DNA of 64,000 bases. Source: Selaginella moellendorffii (Eukaryota; Plantae; Lycopodiophyta). Positions within the stretch are counted from its first letter, which is position 1. Each line of letters begins with the position of its first letter. Positions 31,092 through 45,072 of the stretch are shown piece after piece. A program made the translations under genes and the position numbers. Under the pieces are notes generated by a model. It did no database searches and had not been told where the DNA came from. It saw only the letters and a program-made list of their open reading frames with translations. The stretch is taken from positions 500,806 through 564,805 of the forward strand of contig NW_003314274.1 in NCBI RefSeq assembly GCF_000143415.4. Direction: 5' to 3'.

Positions 31092-33689
31092 ACGCACCTG
31101 TCCAGTTGGTTACAGTGTCAATCCATAAGGGTGCAAGAATTGATCACGTCCACAATCAGTACAAATATGAAACCCTCAGATACAAAGAGCCATAATAACT
31201 GTTTTTAAGAAAGTATTACATCTAAACCATTGATTTGACAAATCGAAGGGTAAGAGAATATCTGTCCCCCGATGCCAATAGCACTTTTAAATAAAGAAGT
31301 ACTAGCAAAAGTCCCAGCTATGCTGGGAGCACGTCTTTATTTTTGATATTTTAATAATTCCAAAGAGTTGTAAACGTAATTGTAATTTTTAACACAATCA
31401 TAATTATAAGATATATAGTTAAACATAACATAATATTTATATTAAAAATATCTTCTACAATTGATTCTATCACCAACACACATAATAACATAATAAATAT
31501 AACTCAGTACATTATATCATATTTAAAATTCTGATTGTTGAGTGAAGTCTTGGATATTCTATAAATGGAATTTCTCACTATGGGATCCCATGGCCAGATG
31601 AGTCATTTGTTTAATAACTAATTTTTTATTTTATTTGAAATCTCTATATAATTGATAAAAATATTATTATTTGATGATTTATTAAACTCTATAATTTTTC
31701 CTCTTAATAAAGTATGTGTAACTTAATTACACTCAAATATAGTGATGTTAAAAATATATTTAATATATATTTAAAAACTCATTTAAAGTGTATACATCTT
31801 TTAAATTTAAAAAATATAAACATTATTATGGAGTTTCTCTTTTCATCATTTCAGACTGAAAGTTTTGGAATTGCATGATAATAAGTGAAAGATGTTAGCT
31901 TTATGTGTTATATTTTCTTTTATAAAATTATAATATTTTACATATTTATCATTGATATTCCCTTTTAACCTAATATTTATATTCATGAATTTTTTGAGAG
32001 TAATATTTAAAATAGAAAGTATTCTATTATATATCATAAACATTGTTTCTGTAGTTTTTTTTATAAATCTGAAATAAGATTATTATCTCCCTATATTCAT
32101 GTATTTATATTTAAAATTAAGGCTTTATAACACTGTTATGAATGCTGAAATTTTATGATGATAAATGAATGGTAATGTTCTACTCTATACTGGGGTAGAG
32201 TAGGGTCAATGAATACCATCTTTGTACAACTAAATGTTTAAAATCATTTGAACCTAGTGCATTATATCATCTTGGATCAGTTGTCCAATTGCCTTTTATA
32301 TGTATTACAATATCACTTATGCCTCCTTGAATATGTTTTGAATTTAACTCTTGATTCTCTATTTCTTACCATTTTTTGAATGCATTAGCATAGGGATTTA
32401 TCTCTTTTAATAATTTATCAAGACCACCCATTAGTTGCTCATATCATTTATAATTGTGTTTTTTTATTTATTTTTATTTCCGTTTCTTGAGAAGTATTCT
32501 AAAATATTTCATTGTGAATAAGCTGCATATTTTTCATTATTTGGTTTTAAACTTCCAATATTATATTAAATTTATATGTATAGATTAAAATAATTAGGGC
32601 CATCTACTGCAATGATCAATGAGGCTCTTTCATTTAAATATATTGGATGATTAGCGAAAGATCTCGATTCAACTTTGGTCTTTATTTATATATCAATAAA
32701 CGTTTTACAATTCTTTCTTTACATTTCAACTCCCTCGTTTTCCTTTTCGTTCCAACTTGTTTTCATTCTGCAGTTGTTCTCGGCAGCCACCAAAAATGTT
32801 TTCCAGCCATAGACATAAGAGATGTTGATGTCCAGAGAATACAAAAAAGAAAAACGCAAGCAAATGAAGTTAGTAATGGTGAAAAGGAAATAGGAACTTA
32901 CTGCTGGCATTTTCTTTTAAGCCGCTCGAACTTGCTTCATGCCCAAGTCGTTCTCAAGGCCGGGAGCACTCTTTTTTACACCACTCCTTCACAGCTTGTC
33001 GATCTTAATGCTGCAATTTTTGACAAATCCATGGGTGTTGCCAATTGGCATAACATCTCCAGTTTCACATATTCTGCAAGCATTGTTTTTGCCCATATTA
33101 GTTTCCAAACAAATCTCCACATTAGTGGTAAAAGGTATGAGTTCTTGATTTTCAGTAGCATTTGCTCCAATTACATCCCCTTCTAAAATGGCATCCACAG
33201 TTTTCTGCTTTCTTTTGTGGCCCATTTCCAGCTAGTTATTTCAATTTGTATAATAGGCTAGTAGATTTCAGCAAAGTAGAATAGCTTTGGGTAGGTGTTA
33301 GTTCTGTTTAGATCGTCATGCAATGATGCAGTTTCTTATCGATAAGTTTTTTTTGGTTTTTTTTTCTGTTTTGTATTCAAGCAAACATAGCAATAGCCAA
33401 TAGAATAGAGATTCTTGTATGTGCAGGTCACTCTTCTGAACTGTTTTCTGCCTGCACATTTCCTTTTGAATGTTTTAAGCATTTTTAGGAACGACATATA
33501 GACATTTTGTTTTTTACCTAAAACCTTTACGAGAGAGAGCAAAACACTAAATAAAATCAAACACGGAAATCATTTCTATGCCCTGAGTTAATGTACAAAT
33601 ATTATGTACACAACAGTTTATTTAATGCTGTCTTATTCCTTCAGAAATGGCTTTTTTAAAAACAGTTCATGGCTTTGTCTGTAAGAAAG

Positions 33690-33930
33690 TAGAGTAGGCT
33701 GTCATGTAGAGCTCCAATCCTTGTTCTCCACCACCTCAGCTGCCATGTACTTCGCTGTGGTGATATCTCCTAAAGGTACTTTGTCGCACATGTTTAGCTT
33801 GGAAAGAATGTTGTCGAGCTTGAGATCCTGGTGAACCACGCCCCTCAAATAAATCTATTTGAAGGTCTTTACCAGCTGCTTGATGATTCTGGCTGCTTTC
33901 TCCTCACCAATCTTCTCGCAAATATGCTAT
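33690..33930 (-). pseudogene. Protein kinase fragment
   Basis: EKIGEEKAARIIKQLV followed by VVHQDLKLDNIL, a degenerate HRDLKxxN catalytic loop. Confidence 0.55.
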
Positions 33931-33989
33931 ATTTAAAAGACCAAATAATTATGGAATAACAGGAAGGCAATATTTCCACCAATGAACGT

Positions 33990-34110
33990 AACCACTCGAG
34001 AAAAAATGCCCGTGCCCTGTCCAAAAGGAGACTCGGACAACACCACAAAGTCGGCAAACTTTCCTTGCGTCAGCGACCCAACCAAATCCTCCAATGCAGC
34101 TGCATACACA
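33990..34110 (-). pseudogene. Amidohydrolase-3 (LAF3-like) C-terminal exon fragment
   Basis: AALEDLVGSLTQGKFADFVVLSESP matches the GSL.pGKlADFVvL motif. Confidence 0.6.
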
Positions 34111-34209
34111 TGGTTTAGCCTTTACTACGGCCTTTTGGACGTCCTGTGGTTTCCTCCTGTGATGTTTTCCTTCCTGGCTTTAGAGAGTAACTGAGGATCA
34201 AATGAAACA

Positions 34210-35460
34210 AACCTTGCCATGTAAGATTGCACTGCCTGAGCAAAGCCAGGCTTGTACGAGAAGAGCAGCCCACGGAAGAGTTTCCCATCGATGGACGCTT
34301 CTAGCTAGTTGAATACGTCACTTTCTCTAGCCTCGAACATCTTCTCACCTAGCAGCTGAACGTGAGCTTGAAACTCTGTAGCATGAGTTTGACAGGGAAA
34401 AATTGGAGAGGTCCAAGGTTTTCCGCAGATACCTCCGTGAGATGAAACCAAGCTCTTGTCCGCATCCCGTTGCTTGTCTAGCACGAATGGTGTGGCATGA
34501 TACTTTTGCCACCTTCTCTTACATTCCTTATGCATGGATAGCTTTGGTTCTGATGGATCTTTCTCCCTCAGCATCTCTTCACATAAAAACAGCAACCATA
34601 TTGTCAAGAATGGCAGCAATGTCAATAAAAGGGAAATACATGTCATCCAGAGCTTCAAGCTCTTTGTTACATCCCTCATAGAAGAATAATATGCCTTGCT
34701 TTGCATCCACGGAATCTCCTGCAAGGGAGAAACGTGGAGAAGGCCCGGGACCAGAGGGATTCGAAGTCGCCCAAACACCAGTCGCTACAAAATACGTAAA
34801 AGCCCCATGAGAGACCAACAGGAAACAAATCTACTTACAAGCGAGAAACTTTCCATGGCTGATTGTTGTGTGCCCGGCTCCTGGCATCAGCTCGGCACCA
34901 GTCATCTTTACCTCCCACCATGCCATTGTTTCTGGATTACTACCATCCTCGCCACCCGTGACAACGAAACAGTTCTTATAGGAAGAGCAGGTATGGCTAT
35001 CCTGAGGAATAGGCAAGACTCCAGTGGTAGAAATCTTCTTCCAGACAAAAGTATCTACAGGAAAAAACAAAATTAGAAGAAAACATGGAAAGATAACAGA
35101 ATATTACTCGTGTTCAAAACATGGACGTTGTAATACTCCTACTCTGAGTGATCGCTGGATTTCCCACATCCCTCAAACATGAACAGGTTGTCACCAATGA
35201 GAGACGTGCTATGTCCTTCTCTTGGAGCAGGAACATCACCAAAAACGTCGGGTTTCCCCCAGGTGTTGGTAGCTGCATTAAGAATGAGAAAAAAAAAATG
35301 ATAGAACTCGGAGCTTACCATTATCCAAAACAAAGAGGCCATCGAGCGTGCTGGTTCCATCGGTACCACCAAACACATAGAGCTTAGACCCGACGGCCAT
35401 GGAGCTGTGGCTGTCCCGAGGAGAAGGGTGTGTTCCTTTCATCACAGGCTTGTGAGATTG
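34210..35460 (-). pseudogene. Kelch-repeat (galactose oxidase/kelch) protein fragment
   Basis: GTHPSPRDSHSSMAVGSKLYVFGGTDG, GDVPAPREGHSTSLIGDNLFMFEGCGK, GPGPSPRFSLAGD, IDGKLFRGLLF, with stops and frameshifts. Confidence 0.85.
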
Positions 35461-37401
35461 CGAGATTGAGAGAGAGAGAGAGAGTACCTTCCCGCTAGCG
35501 ATGATCGACGCTGTCTCCTTGTGGTCATGTGCCCTAAAAGACATTTGAAATTTTTTATGATCCCAAAAGTCACGACTCCCCATTGTTTAATCTCAGCCGT
35601 TAGATTTTGGCATATGCCCAGAATAAGTGACGCTAGCATATGCCATTATTATACGGGCTCTTTCGTTTAAATATATGAGTATGATGACTAGCAGAGACCC
35701 CAGCTCCGCTGGGAGATATAGCATACCCAAGATCTTCTTTTCTAATTTTACAATGTTAAAAATTTTGATTATATACAAGTTCAAATGATATTATATCAAT
35801 TGTTATAAGATATAATTTCTTTCCCTTGTTTAAATGCAAAAGACTGGCATTCTGGCCATGCACAGCTCTACATGACTCAATGCCATACAACTCCATACAA
35901 TGTTGGGATGCCTTTGAAGGAAGACATCACTCGAGCTCTTCAGTCAACTTTGCTCCTGGTTTCAGCAAGACATAGGTGGCCTTGCATCCACAAACAATGA
36001 GCTCCTCCTGTACAAGTGCCTCTTTATGGGGCAAAACCGTCACAAAAAATGAATAAAAGCATTTCAACCCTTTTACCATGTGTTTTAATCTAGGCAGTCA
36101 TTTGAAAGTGATCAAATAGTAACTGCCCAAGTCCTCCAAGTGAGAATGGAATTGAGAGATAACATATAATAAGTAAAGAAAAGATTCTTAATTAGCAAAT
36201 CAGCAAACATGACAACAGATGATGTACCTGCTGACAAATCTTGCAGATGGTGTCCTCTTTTTTGTTGCACTAGTGCTACACATGCGTTTGATGAGCATAC
36301 TACCAAACACAAAAGAGAGAAAAAAAATGAGGAAGAGCCAGAAAATTTCTTAGAACTCTCAAACCACATATTATAGAAAATTATAAGATTATTAAGATCT
36401 AGAAAATTTCAGTTCAATCATAAAATTAAAATTAAATTATTAAACACAGCAACTATCTAAAGGAGAACATGATTATCAACAAACATAGATTATAAGACAT
36501 ATTAATATATTTTATAAACATAGATCTAGCACTTAAATAATAATATTGTTATATTTTTTTTATGGTACTATAATTAATAGAGTATAATAACATTATCACT
36601 GCTAGATTATATATATTAATCTATATATGTGGTCTTAGAACTCTCAGACTAAGTATTTCAGTCTTCAAGATTAGCATTTTCTACAACATCCATCTTACAT
36701 TATGTAAATATCATATAATAGTGTATTACAGAGTTCAGTAGTTATAATAGAATCCATAATCTTAGCAAAGACCCCAGCTCCACTGGGAGATATAACATAC
36801 CCAAGATAATTAATTCTTCTTTTCTAATTTTACAATATTAGAAAATTTTATTATATATAAAGTTAAATTTATCGAAAATTTTCTAGTATTCATCTCCAAA
36901 GAAATTTATAATAATGTAAATAAATAATAATGCATGTTGGGGAAGTAAAATCATTTTTTATCATCATTAAATTTGAATTTGATGTTTTTATTGTCTTTAT
37001 TTAAAAATGCACAACCCTAAATACATCTACAGGATTGCTGTCATGCTTTAAAAGCAATTAAATTTTCACAAAACCAAAGAATCATAGACTACCAAAAAAT
37101 AATAGATTAGTTTAGAGAAATTATAATTTTAATTGCATACTGAGTTAAATTCTTTTTATGTGAACTATAATGATGCCTCTAACATTCATACTTTACTAAA
37201 TAAAAATAGAATTTCTATTATATGTCTGGTTTAACATTTTAAAACATACATAAATAAATCTATCTAGCTTGCTACCACGTTTTGTTTTATTTGAGAAAAC
37301 TCTGGAATTTCAACATTTTGGGAGGTCATCCTACTCTAACCCTAAGATATTAAACCCCCCGAGTATCCTAATACCCTTAACCAATTGGAATAAAATGTGC
37401 A

Positions 37402-37719
37402 NNNNNNNNNNNNNNNNNNNNNNNNNNNNNNNNNNNNNNNNNNNNNNNNNNNNNNNNNNNNNNNNNNNNNNNNNNNNNNNNNNNNNNNNNNNNNNNNNNN
37501 NNNNNNNNNNNNNNNNNNNNNNNNNNNNNNNNNNNNNNNNNNNNNNNNNNNNNNNNNNNNNNNNNNNNNNNNNNNNNNNNNNNNNNNNNNNNNNNNNNNN
37601 NNNNNNNNNNNNNNNNNNNNNNNNNNNNNNNNNNNNNNNNNNNNNNNNNNNNNNNNNNNNNNNNNNNNNNNNNNNNNNNNNNNNNNNNNNNNNNNNNNNN
37701 NNNNNNNNNNNNNNNNNNN
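37402..37719. other. Assembly gap (N run)
   Basis: Ns; the flanks match 45251/45583 of the duplicate copy. Confidence 0.99.
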
Positions 37720-39817
37720 GAATATTTATCATCTGGATGTCATGCCATAAGAGATAGCAATGAGTAGTTTATTTCAATGATAGACAATTATTAGTTTGTC
37801 TATACATTTTATATATTTCATAGAGCAATTTTAAGTCATTTTAAGACTGTAGTGTGGAGTCAATTAAATATAAGTATGTAGCATCAAGTGTTTTTAATTT
37901 TCATTTTGCTGTTAATTGTGTCAAAGTTTTTGCTTTAGTTGTGCATGTATAAAGGACCTAAGGTTGTATTTCTTGTTTACCTTTCTCCTTATATACTAAG
38001 AGGTTTATGTTCTTATATGATAGATAAACAATCTTTTGGGCTCCTCTGTGCTGTTGTAGAAATAATACTTACAATGACAAATCACGAAAGATAAGGAAAC
38101 ATAAAATAAAATATCAAAGCACTAGTTTTACCATCAAAGATAGAAAAACTATTTCAAGAAAATTTTACATAAGAGAAACCTTATAGATCTTCTTAAACTA
38201 ATATTCTCTTTTATCTTCATCCAAAGATAATAATTGCATTATAAAATGTTTGTATTAAGACAAACATGCAATAATGCTTCATGATAAATCTATGCATTCA
38301 TGTCTATTATATGACATGGCATTTAATATGGTATAAGATATCTCATACATATACAAATATCAAATCCATATCTTAATAATATCTCAAAAATTAGCAAAGT
38401 CTTTGATATTTTTAATCAGTCTTGCTCATAATCTTACTTAAATCTACCAGCAGCTTTACATGAGTTTTATCTAGTCTCAATATTGACGAAATGATTTATT
38501 TCTATAGTTAAAACATATGGTTTACATAAGTCTTTTGATCTTGCTCTAGATTTCTTCTGCATTTGTATTATCTCAATCCCTATCAAAACATAAGGAAAAT
38601 ATCATAATAATAACATACATAGTTAAACATAATATAATCTTTATATTAAAAATCCCTTCTACAATTCACTCTATCACTTACACGCATCATAACATAACAA
38701 ATATAACTCATAACATTATATCACATTTAAAATTCTCTTTGTTGAGTGAAGTCTTCTATTCTAGTCTTGTACTGTATTTTCTATTGTATCTACTATATAC
38801 CATCTTTGCACAACAAAATTATGTTTAATTTTAATAATATAGTATTGAATCAATAAAATACTCTTTGTTCTGTAAAGGTTTTTTTCTATAGAACAATGAG
38901 TATGCTGAAATATTTTCAGGGAGATATATCATACCCAAGATAAATAGATCTTCTTTTTTAATTTTTCAATGTTAAATTTTTTTATTGTATGCAAGGTTAA
39001 ATTTATCTTAATTTTGCAACTATTCATCTCCAGAGAAATGGAAAATAATGCAATTATATAATAATGCAAATTTTTGGGAAGATAAGATCATATTTTAATC
39101 ATCACTAAATTTGAAATTGAATTCTTCTATTGCCTTTATAAAAAAGTACAAAAACCTAAACACATTTACAAGATTGCTGCCATGATTTAAAATAAATTAA
39201 ATGTTCATAAAAAAAAAGAATTGTATACTACCAAAACATAATAGGTTAATTTTGGGAAATTATAATTTTGATTGCATATTGAGCTAAAGTGTTTTTATCT
39301 GAACTGTAATAATACCTTTAACATTAATTTTTACTTAACTGTAATATTGCCTCTAAATTGCATAGTTTACTAAAGAATAATAAAATTTCTATTATATATT
39401 TGTTTTTACATTTAAAAATATACTTAAAGTAGATATAATGTTCATCTTAACAAAAACCAGTAATAATGCTTTATGATAAAGCTATGGACTCCAATAAAAA
39501 ATAAATTACTATTAACTTATTCAACACTACTCACTAATAAGGATTTATATAAAGGTGAACATGATCACATATTAATATAGCTTATAAAATTATTATTGTT
39601 TTAAACATAAACATGGATCTAACACATTACTATGAAAATACTAATATTCAAATGTATTGTGTATTATATAAGAAAAATTTAGGAATTCACTATTTCAATT
39701 TATATTTCTAATTTAGAGAAAAATATTGTAGTATTAAGTTTCCCATTTGTGAGTAAAGTGCTACCATTGCATTTTATTCTTTACTTTATTTTATTAAAAC
39801 ATAAATTTTTGATACTT

Positions 39818-40350
39818 AGCAAAGGGAGCTTTCATGGAACCAATGATCCTGGAAGATGCTCCCTTTGACACGGACACAAGGAAGGAAGAGATTTTCGGTC
39901 CCGTGATCCTTCTCTACTCATACAAGTCAGCTCTCAAAGTTTCTTAGCCACTGAAGTTCTTCTTTACTTCCTTTGTTTTTCTCTAAACTTAAACGGTGGT
40001 GACGCAGTGATTTCAAGGAAGCCGTGATGGAAGCTAACAACACGCATTACAGTCTCCAAGCCGGCGTCTTTACGTGTGATCTAAACAAGGCCTTCTATGC
40101 ATTTCAGCATATAGAGGTAGCTTTGCATTTGAGATATAGAAAGTATTGATCGACTGTTTGATAATTATTTGATCCTCACAGGCTGGAGGAGTTTGCCTCA
40201 ACGATTCGCCAAGCATGTGCGTTGATAGCCAGCCATATGGTGGGATCAAAGACTCTGGAATCCAACGAGAGGGTGTCAAGTACGCGATGGACAACATGCT
40301 CGAAACCAAAGTTTTAGTCATGTGCAATGTAGGCAACGCGTCTTACTTTT
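39818..40350 (+). pseudogene. ALDH21-like aldehyde dehydrogenase, C-terminal fragment (copy B)
   Basis: EEIFGPVI, LQAGVFT, QPYGGIKDSGIQREGVKYAM. The upstream exons present in copy A are deleted. Confidence 0.8.
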
Positions 40351-40449
40351 GATCAAGCTCGAGCTCGAGCTTTCGAGAAGAGTAAATACAGTCTATCCAC
40401 AAATCATTGCCGAGTTGTCCTTGTTTGCTCGCTCACTCTCTAGCACCAT

Positions 40450-41050
40450 CAACCTTTTACCTTTAGGATGGAGAATGCTTGTCTATAAACTCCTGGGAGA
40501 AGGTCCATAGCTTGTGAGCAAGCTCGGGATCTCTGCCATAAGCGCTACAGTTGGATTTGTTGGAATCCACGAAGTATTGCCCAGTGACGTCCTTGAGGCT
40601 TGGATGTAAAGCCACGTATCACGTTGTAGCAGCGCCCTGAGAGATCGATCACATATTAGTCAAAAAAAACTTCCAGATTATTGGGAGAATTCTTCTTACC
40701 TATGGCACATTTTTCCAAAGGAAGCTGGAAAAGAACTTGAGAACCCCTGCATGAAGATCAAAGTTCCATAAGTAACCAAAAACAATGACAAGGCAAAGAG
40801 ACAAACTCATTATGTAGAATGTGTACCGCATCAAAGGTGTCATTATAAACCCTGGATGAACAGCATTGGCTGTGCTGTCAACTCCTTCGGCTTAATCAGC
40901 GAAAGAGAAAGCATTGACGAAAGAGAAAGGTGGGAGAGATTTCAAAGCATTAGACGAATACCTTGAATCTCATTGCCAGTTCTTTGGCGTGGAAGATGTT
41001 TGCGAGCTTGGATTGACTGTATGCTCTAGTGTCGGAGTACCTTTTGGAAG
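40450..41050 (-). pseudogene. TIC32-like short-chain dehydrogenase/reductase, C-terminal exons (copy B)
   Basis: AYSQSKLANIFHAKELA, ANAVHPGFIMT, GAATT*YVALHP, GQYFVD, with in-frame stops. Confidence 0.85.
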
Positions 41051-41114
41051 AAAAAAGGAAGAATGTAAGCTCACGAGAAAAGAGAACTGTTTGGTGTACT
41101 AATGATGAGATTCC

Positions 41115-41265
41115 CAGGTGCCTTGACAGTTTCACCACCTGCTTGAGCAGCCATTGACAAGCTGTCCTTTCCACCTTCTATTGCGACCTCAAGCTCGATC
41201 ATAGTGTCGCGAAGAGCAACAGCAGCATTGTACATATGTGCTCCTTCGGAATCAAGCTCAACCTG
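41115..41265 (-). pseudogene. Phosphoribosylformylglycinamidine (FGAM) synthase single-exon fragment (copy B)
   Basis: EGAHMYNAAVALRDTMIELEVAIEGGKDSLSMAAQAGGETVKAPGNL contains the PurL GGKDSLSM motif. Confidence 0.85.
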
Positions 41266-42203
41266 CAAAGTCAAACATATCATAAGGTGAAATATCCTTG
41301 ACAAAAAAAAAAGTTCTGGCTGAGCTGCAGGATGCTCATCAATGCTCTGGTATCAATTTATATTCCAGCAGAGCTGGAGTCTCTGCTATAATAGTACTGC
41401 ACGATAGGAATAAAGTGGGTAGGTAGAGAACAAAAATAAGTGCCCATTCCATAGCCAGGAAAAAAAGCTATTTTGATTCACTAAGATCAAGGTACAGTTC
41501 AGTATAGTACTTTTTTCTTTTATAATTACAGAATTTTTTAAACTCTTACAGATTTGAAAACTCATGGCCTCTGTTGTGGCAAGAAACTGTGCTGTTGGGA
41601 TCCAAGGCAGTCCTCCTACAAACACCAGATAAAGTAATAATAGCACTAATAATAAATATTCACCTATAGCCAGCAAAGAAGTAATGGACGACAATGAAGA
41701 TTTGAAGCTTGGCAAGCTCGTCGGACCCATATCTCGTTACCCATTATACTTTTAGCATTGACCATTGAGCGTCATATACCAAAAGAAGGAAAACAAGAAG
41801 AAAAAGAAGGGCAGAACATCGTGAAGAAGAAGAAAAAGCAAAAATCTTAAGAAACAGAACAAAGTGAAAGCTTGGAAATGGAATAGAAAATGCGGCCTAC
41901 AGACATATGTCCTTTCAGAACCTTTCTTTAGTTGGCTGAATTTTCCTATTTCTTGTGCAGAGGTTCAACTTTGTCAAACTATGAGCGCTAGCTTCCCTGG
42001 ATTTGGATGATGTCAAAGGATTTCTTAAGCATGGAAACACTCATTAGAGGCAGCAGACACGGTTTGTGACGGCTTAACCTGGACTATAAGAGCCTTGTAT
42101 CAGTGACCCACTTCATCACGGAACGACTCTCATCTTCAGATCATCGATTACTGCCAAGAAAATTCGAGGAGGAAGAAGACATGCCAAGCTGCAATACCTG
42201 AGG

Positions 42204-42780
42204 ATGGGAAGTTGGAGAGGGAACATATTGGTTTTGCTTCTGCTGTCTCTGAGCTAGTGTTTTGGATCATGATGAGAGTGGAGGATACAAGAATGGCTAC
42301 CACAGTTACTCGAGATCCTGTCCTCAAGCCAAGAGAATCATCAGGGACACTCTGAGCAAGCACACCGATTGGGACAGGACGATACCAGCAGGAGTTCTTC
42401 GCTTGCACTTCCACGACTGTTTCATCGACAGGAGTAGCTTTGCAAGATTTAAATTCTTCTCTTCTAACTTTGCTGTTCTTCAGGACTGTGATGGATCGGT
42501 TCTTCTCGACTGATGGAAGTAAAGTGTAAAAGTTGTCCCTTCCAAGCCTCATGTCCGCCAAGAGCTTCATTTTTGTCCTGGTGTTGTCTCCTGCGCTGAC
42601 ACTCTTGCCATAGCTGCCAGAGATTCAACCGTCATGGTAAGTTTAGCATCTTTTATCAAGTTCTAAGATGGAGAGAAAAGTATTACCAAGTCCCAACTGG
42701 ATGCTACGACGGAAGAGTTTCCATCCAGGAAAACAGCAACACCTTACAATCTCCGTTTGGGGATGCATCAGCTCTCATTA
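42204..42780 (+). pseudogene. Class III peroxidase fragment (copy B)
   Basis: YSRSCPQA, LRLHFHDCF, CDGSVLLD*, CPGVVSCADTLAIAARDS, VPTGCYDG, with stops and deletions. Confidence 0.88.
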
Positions 42781-44972
42781 AAAACACTGGATATTTCAAT
42801 TGGCTCCAAAACTGTAAAACAGTTGTAAATCACAAAATTTGTGAACCAGCCAGTTCTCGCCTCTATAGGATGATCCTTTTGACAGCAGAATAGTACGCAA
42901 TGGCCAACTCAATCCAGGGCACTGGAATTTGAAGACATTGCAGCCAATTCTTGGAGATCTTCCCCATCTACAAGAACAAACAATGGAGGCTGAAGTGGAA
43001 TCCAGTGAAGTTTACCTTCCATGTACCAACTTATAGCATGGCAGGAGAGTCCCGCAGCCAAGTCGTGGTGCTTCATCATGAGATTGAGCAGTGGCCGCTC
43101 CATCACCTGCTCTTGATTCGACACAAACACATCCAGCCGAAACCAGAGTCACTCGTGGGACTCGATGTCTGTGACACAGGAACACCACCTGTTTACTCCT
43201 CCCATTTTCTCCTTGGCCTTGTTCTGGATGAAGGCCCAGTCCTCGAGGATGGCAGCATCCATGCTCTTTTTGCAGCGATGCTCCTCTCGCCCCATGTTTG
43301 CCCCAATCTGCCCAATCGCCCTACAAAATTTCACTTGATTTGGAGCGTCATTGAAGCGTTGCCACCATGTCACAATCCTCACCATTGCTTTGGAGCATCA
43401 CAGATCTGGATTGTTGAATCAAGAGCATCTGCCATAAGAAAAAATGGATATTCTAAAAATGGAATAAAAGACGCCGGATGCCATATGCCAATAACACGTT
43501 TAAATATACTAGCAGAGACCCCAGCTCCGCTGGGAGATATAGCATACCCAAGATCTTCTTTTCTAATTTTACAATGTTAAAAATTTTGATTATATACAAG
43601 TTCAAATGATATTATATCAATTGTTATAAGATATAATTTCTTTCTCTTGATATCAATTGTTTAAATGCAAAAGACTGGCATTCTGGCCATGCACAGCTCT
43701 ACATGACTCAATGCCATACAACTCCATACCATTGGGATGCCTTTGAAGGAAGACATCACTCGAGCTCTTCAGTCAACTTTGCTCCTGGTTTCAGCAAGAC
43801 ACAGGTGGCCTTGCATCCACAAACAATGAGCTCCTCCTGTACAAGTGCCTCTTTATGGGGCAAAACCGTCACAAAAAATGAATAAAAGCATTTCAACCCT
43901 TTTACCATGTGTTTTAATCTAGGCAGTCATTTGAAAGTGATCAAATAGTAACTGCCCAAGTCCTCCAAGTGAGAATGGAATTGAGAGATAACATATAATA
44001 AGTAAAGAAAAGATTCTTAATCAGCAAATCAGCAAACATGACAACAGATGATGTACCTGCTGACAAATCTTGCAGATGGTGTCCTCTTTTTTGTTGCACC
44101 AGTGCTACACATGCGTTTGATGAGCATACTACCAAACACAAAAGAGAGAAAAAAAATGAGGAAGAGCCAGAAAATTGCTTAGAACTCTCAGACCACATAT
44201 TATAGAAAATTATAAGATTATTAAGATCTAAAAAATTTCAGTTCAATCATAAAATTAAAATTAAATTATTAAACACATCAACTATCTAAAGGAGAACATG
44301 ATTATCAACAAACATAGATTATAAGACATATTAATATATTTTATAAACATAGATCTAGCACTTAAATAATAATATTGTTATATTTTTTTATGGTACTATA
44401 ATTAATAGAGTATAATAACATTATCACTGCTAGATTATATATATTAATCTATATATGTGGTCTTAGAACTCTCAGACTAAGTATTTCAGTCTTCAAGATT
44501 AGCATTTTCTACAACATCCATCTTACATTATGTAAATATCATATAATAGTGTATTACAGAGTTCAGTAGTTATAACAGAATCCATAATCTTAGCAGAGAC
44601 CCCAGCTCCACTGGGAGATATAACATACCCAAGATAATTAATTCTTCTTTTCTAATTTTACAATATTAGAAAATTTTATTATATATAAAGTTAAATTTAT
44701 CTAAAATTTCCTAGTATTCATCTCCAAAGAAATGTACAATAATGTAAATAAATAATAATGCATGTTGGGGAAGTAAAATCATTTTTTATTGTCATTAAAT
44801 TTGAATTTGATGTTTTTATTGTCTTTATTTAAAAATGCACAACCCTAAATACATCTACAGGATTGCTGTCATGCTTTAAAAGCAATTAAATTTTCACAAA
44901 ACCAAAGAATCATAGACTACCAAAAAATAATAGATTAGTTTAGAGAAATTATAATTTTAATTGCATACTGAG

Positions 44973-45072
44973 NNNNNNNNNNNNNNNNNNNNNNNNNNNN
45001 NNNNNNNNNNNNNNNNNNNNNNNNNNNNNNNNNNNNNNNNNNNNNNNNNNNNNNNNNNNNNNNNNNNNNNNN
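44973..45072. other. Assembly gap (100 N)
   Basis: Ns; the flanks match 37144/37223 of the duplicate copy. Confidence 0.99.

Larger units (their letters stand above)
31302..35687 (-). mobile_element. Non-autonomous Helitron unit C with captured gene fragments
   Basis: The minus strand starts TCATCATACTCATATATTTAAACG at 35687. It ends in a hairpin TCCCAGC-ATA-GCTGGGA (31328-31312) followed by CTTTTG-CTAG|T (31305-31302). Confidence 0.75.
35688..43508 (-). mobile_element. Non-autonomous Helitron unit B (near-duplicate of unit A; contains an assembly gap)
   Basis: 3' end: hairpin CCCAGC-GGA-GCTGGG, then GTCTCTG-CTAG at 35691-35688. 5' end slightly clipped (TATATTTAAACGTGTTATTGGCAT at 43508). 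Confidence 0.75.

Noticed and set aside
37269-37757. ORFs spanning poly-X
   Set aside because: Artefacts of the N gap.
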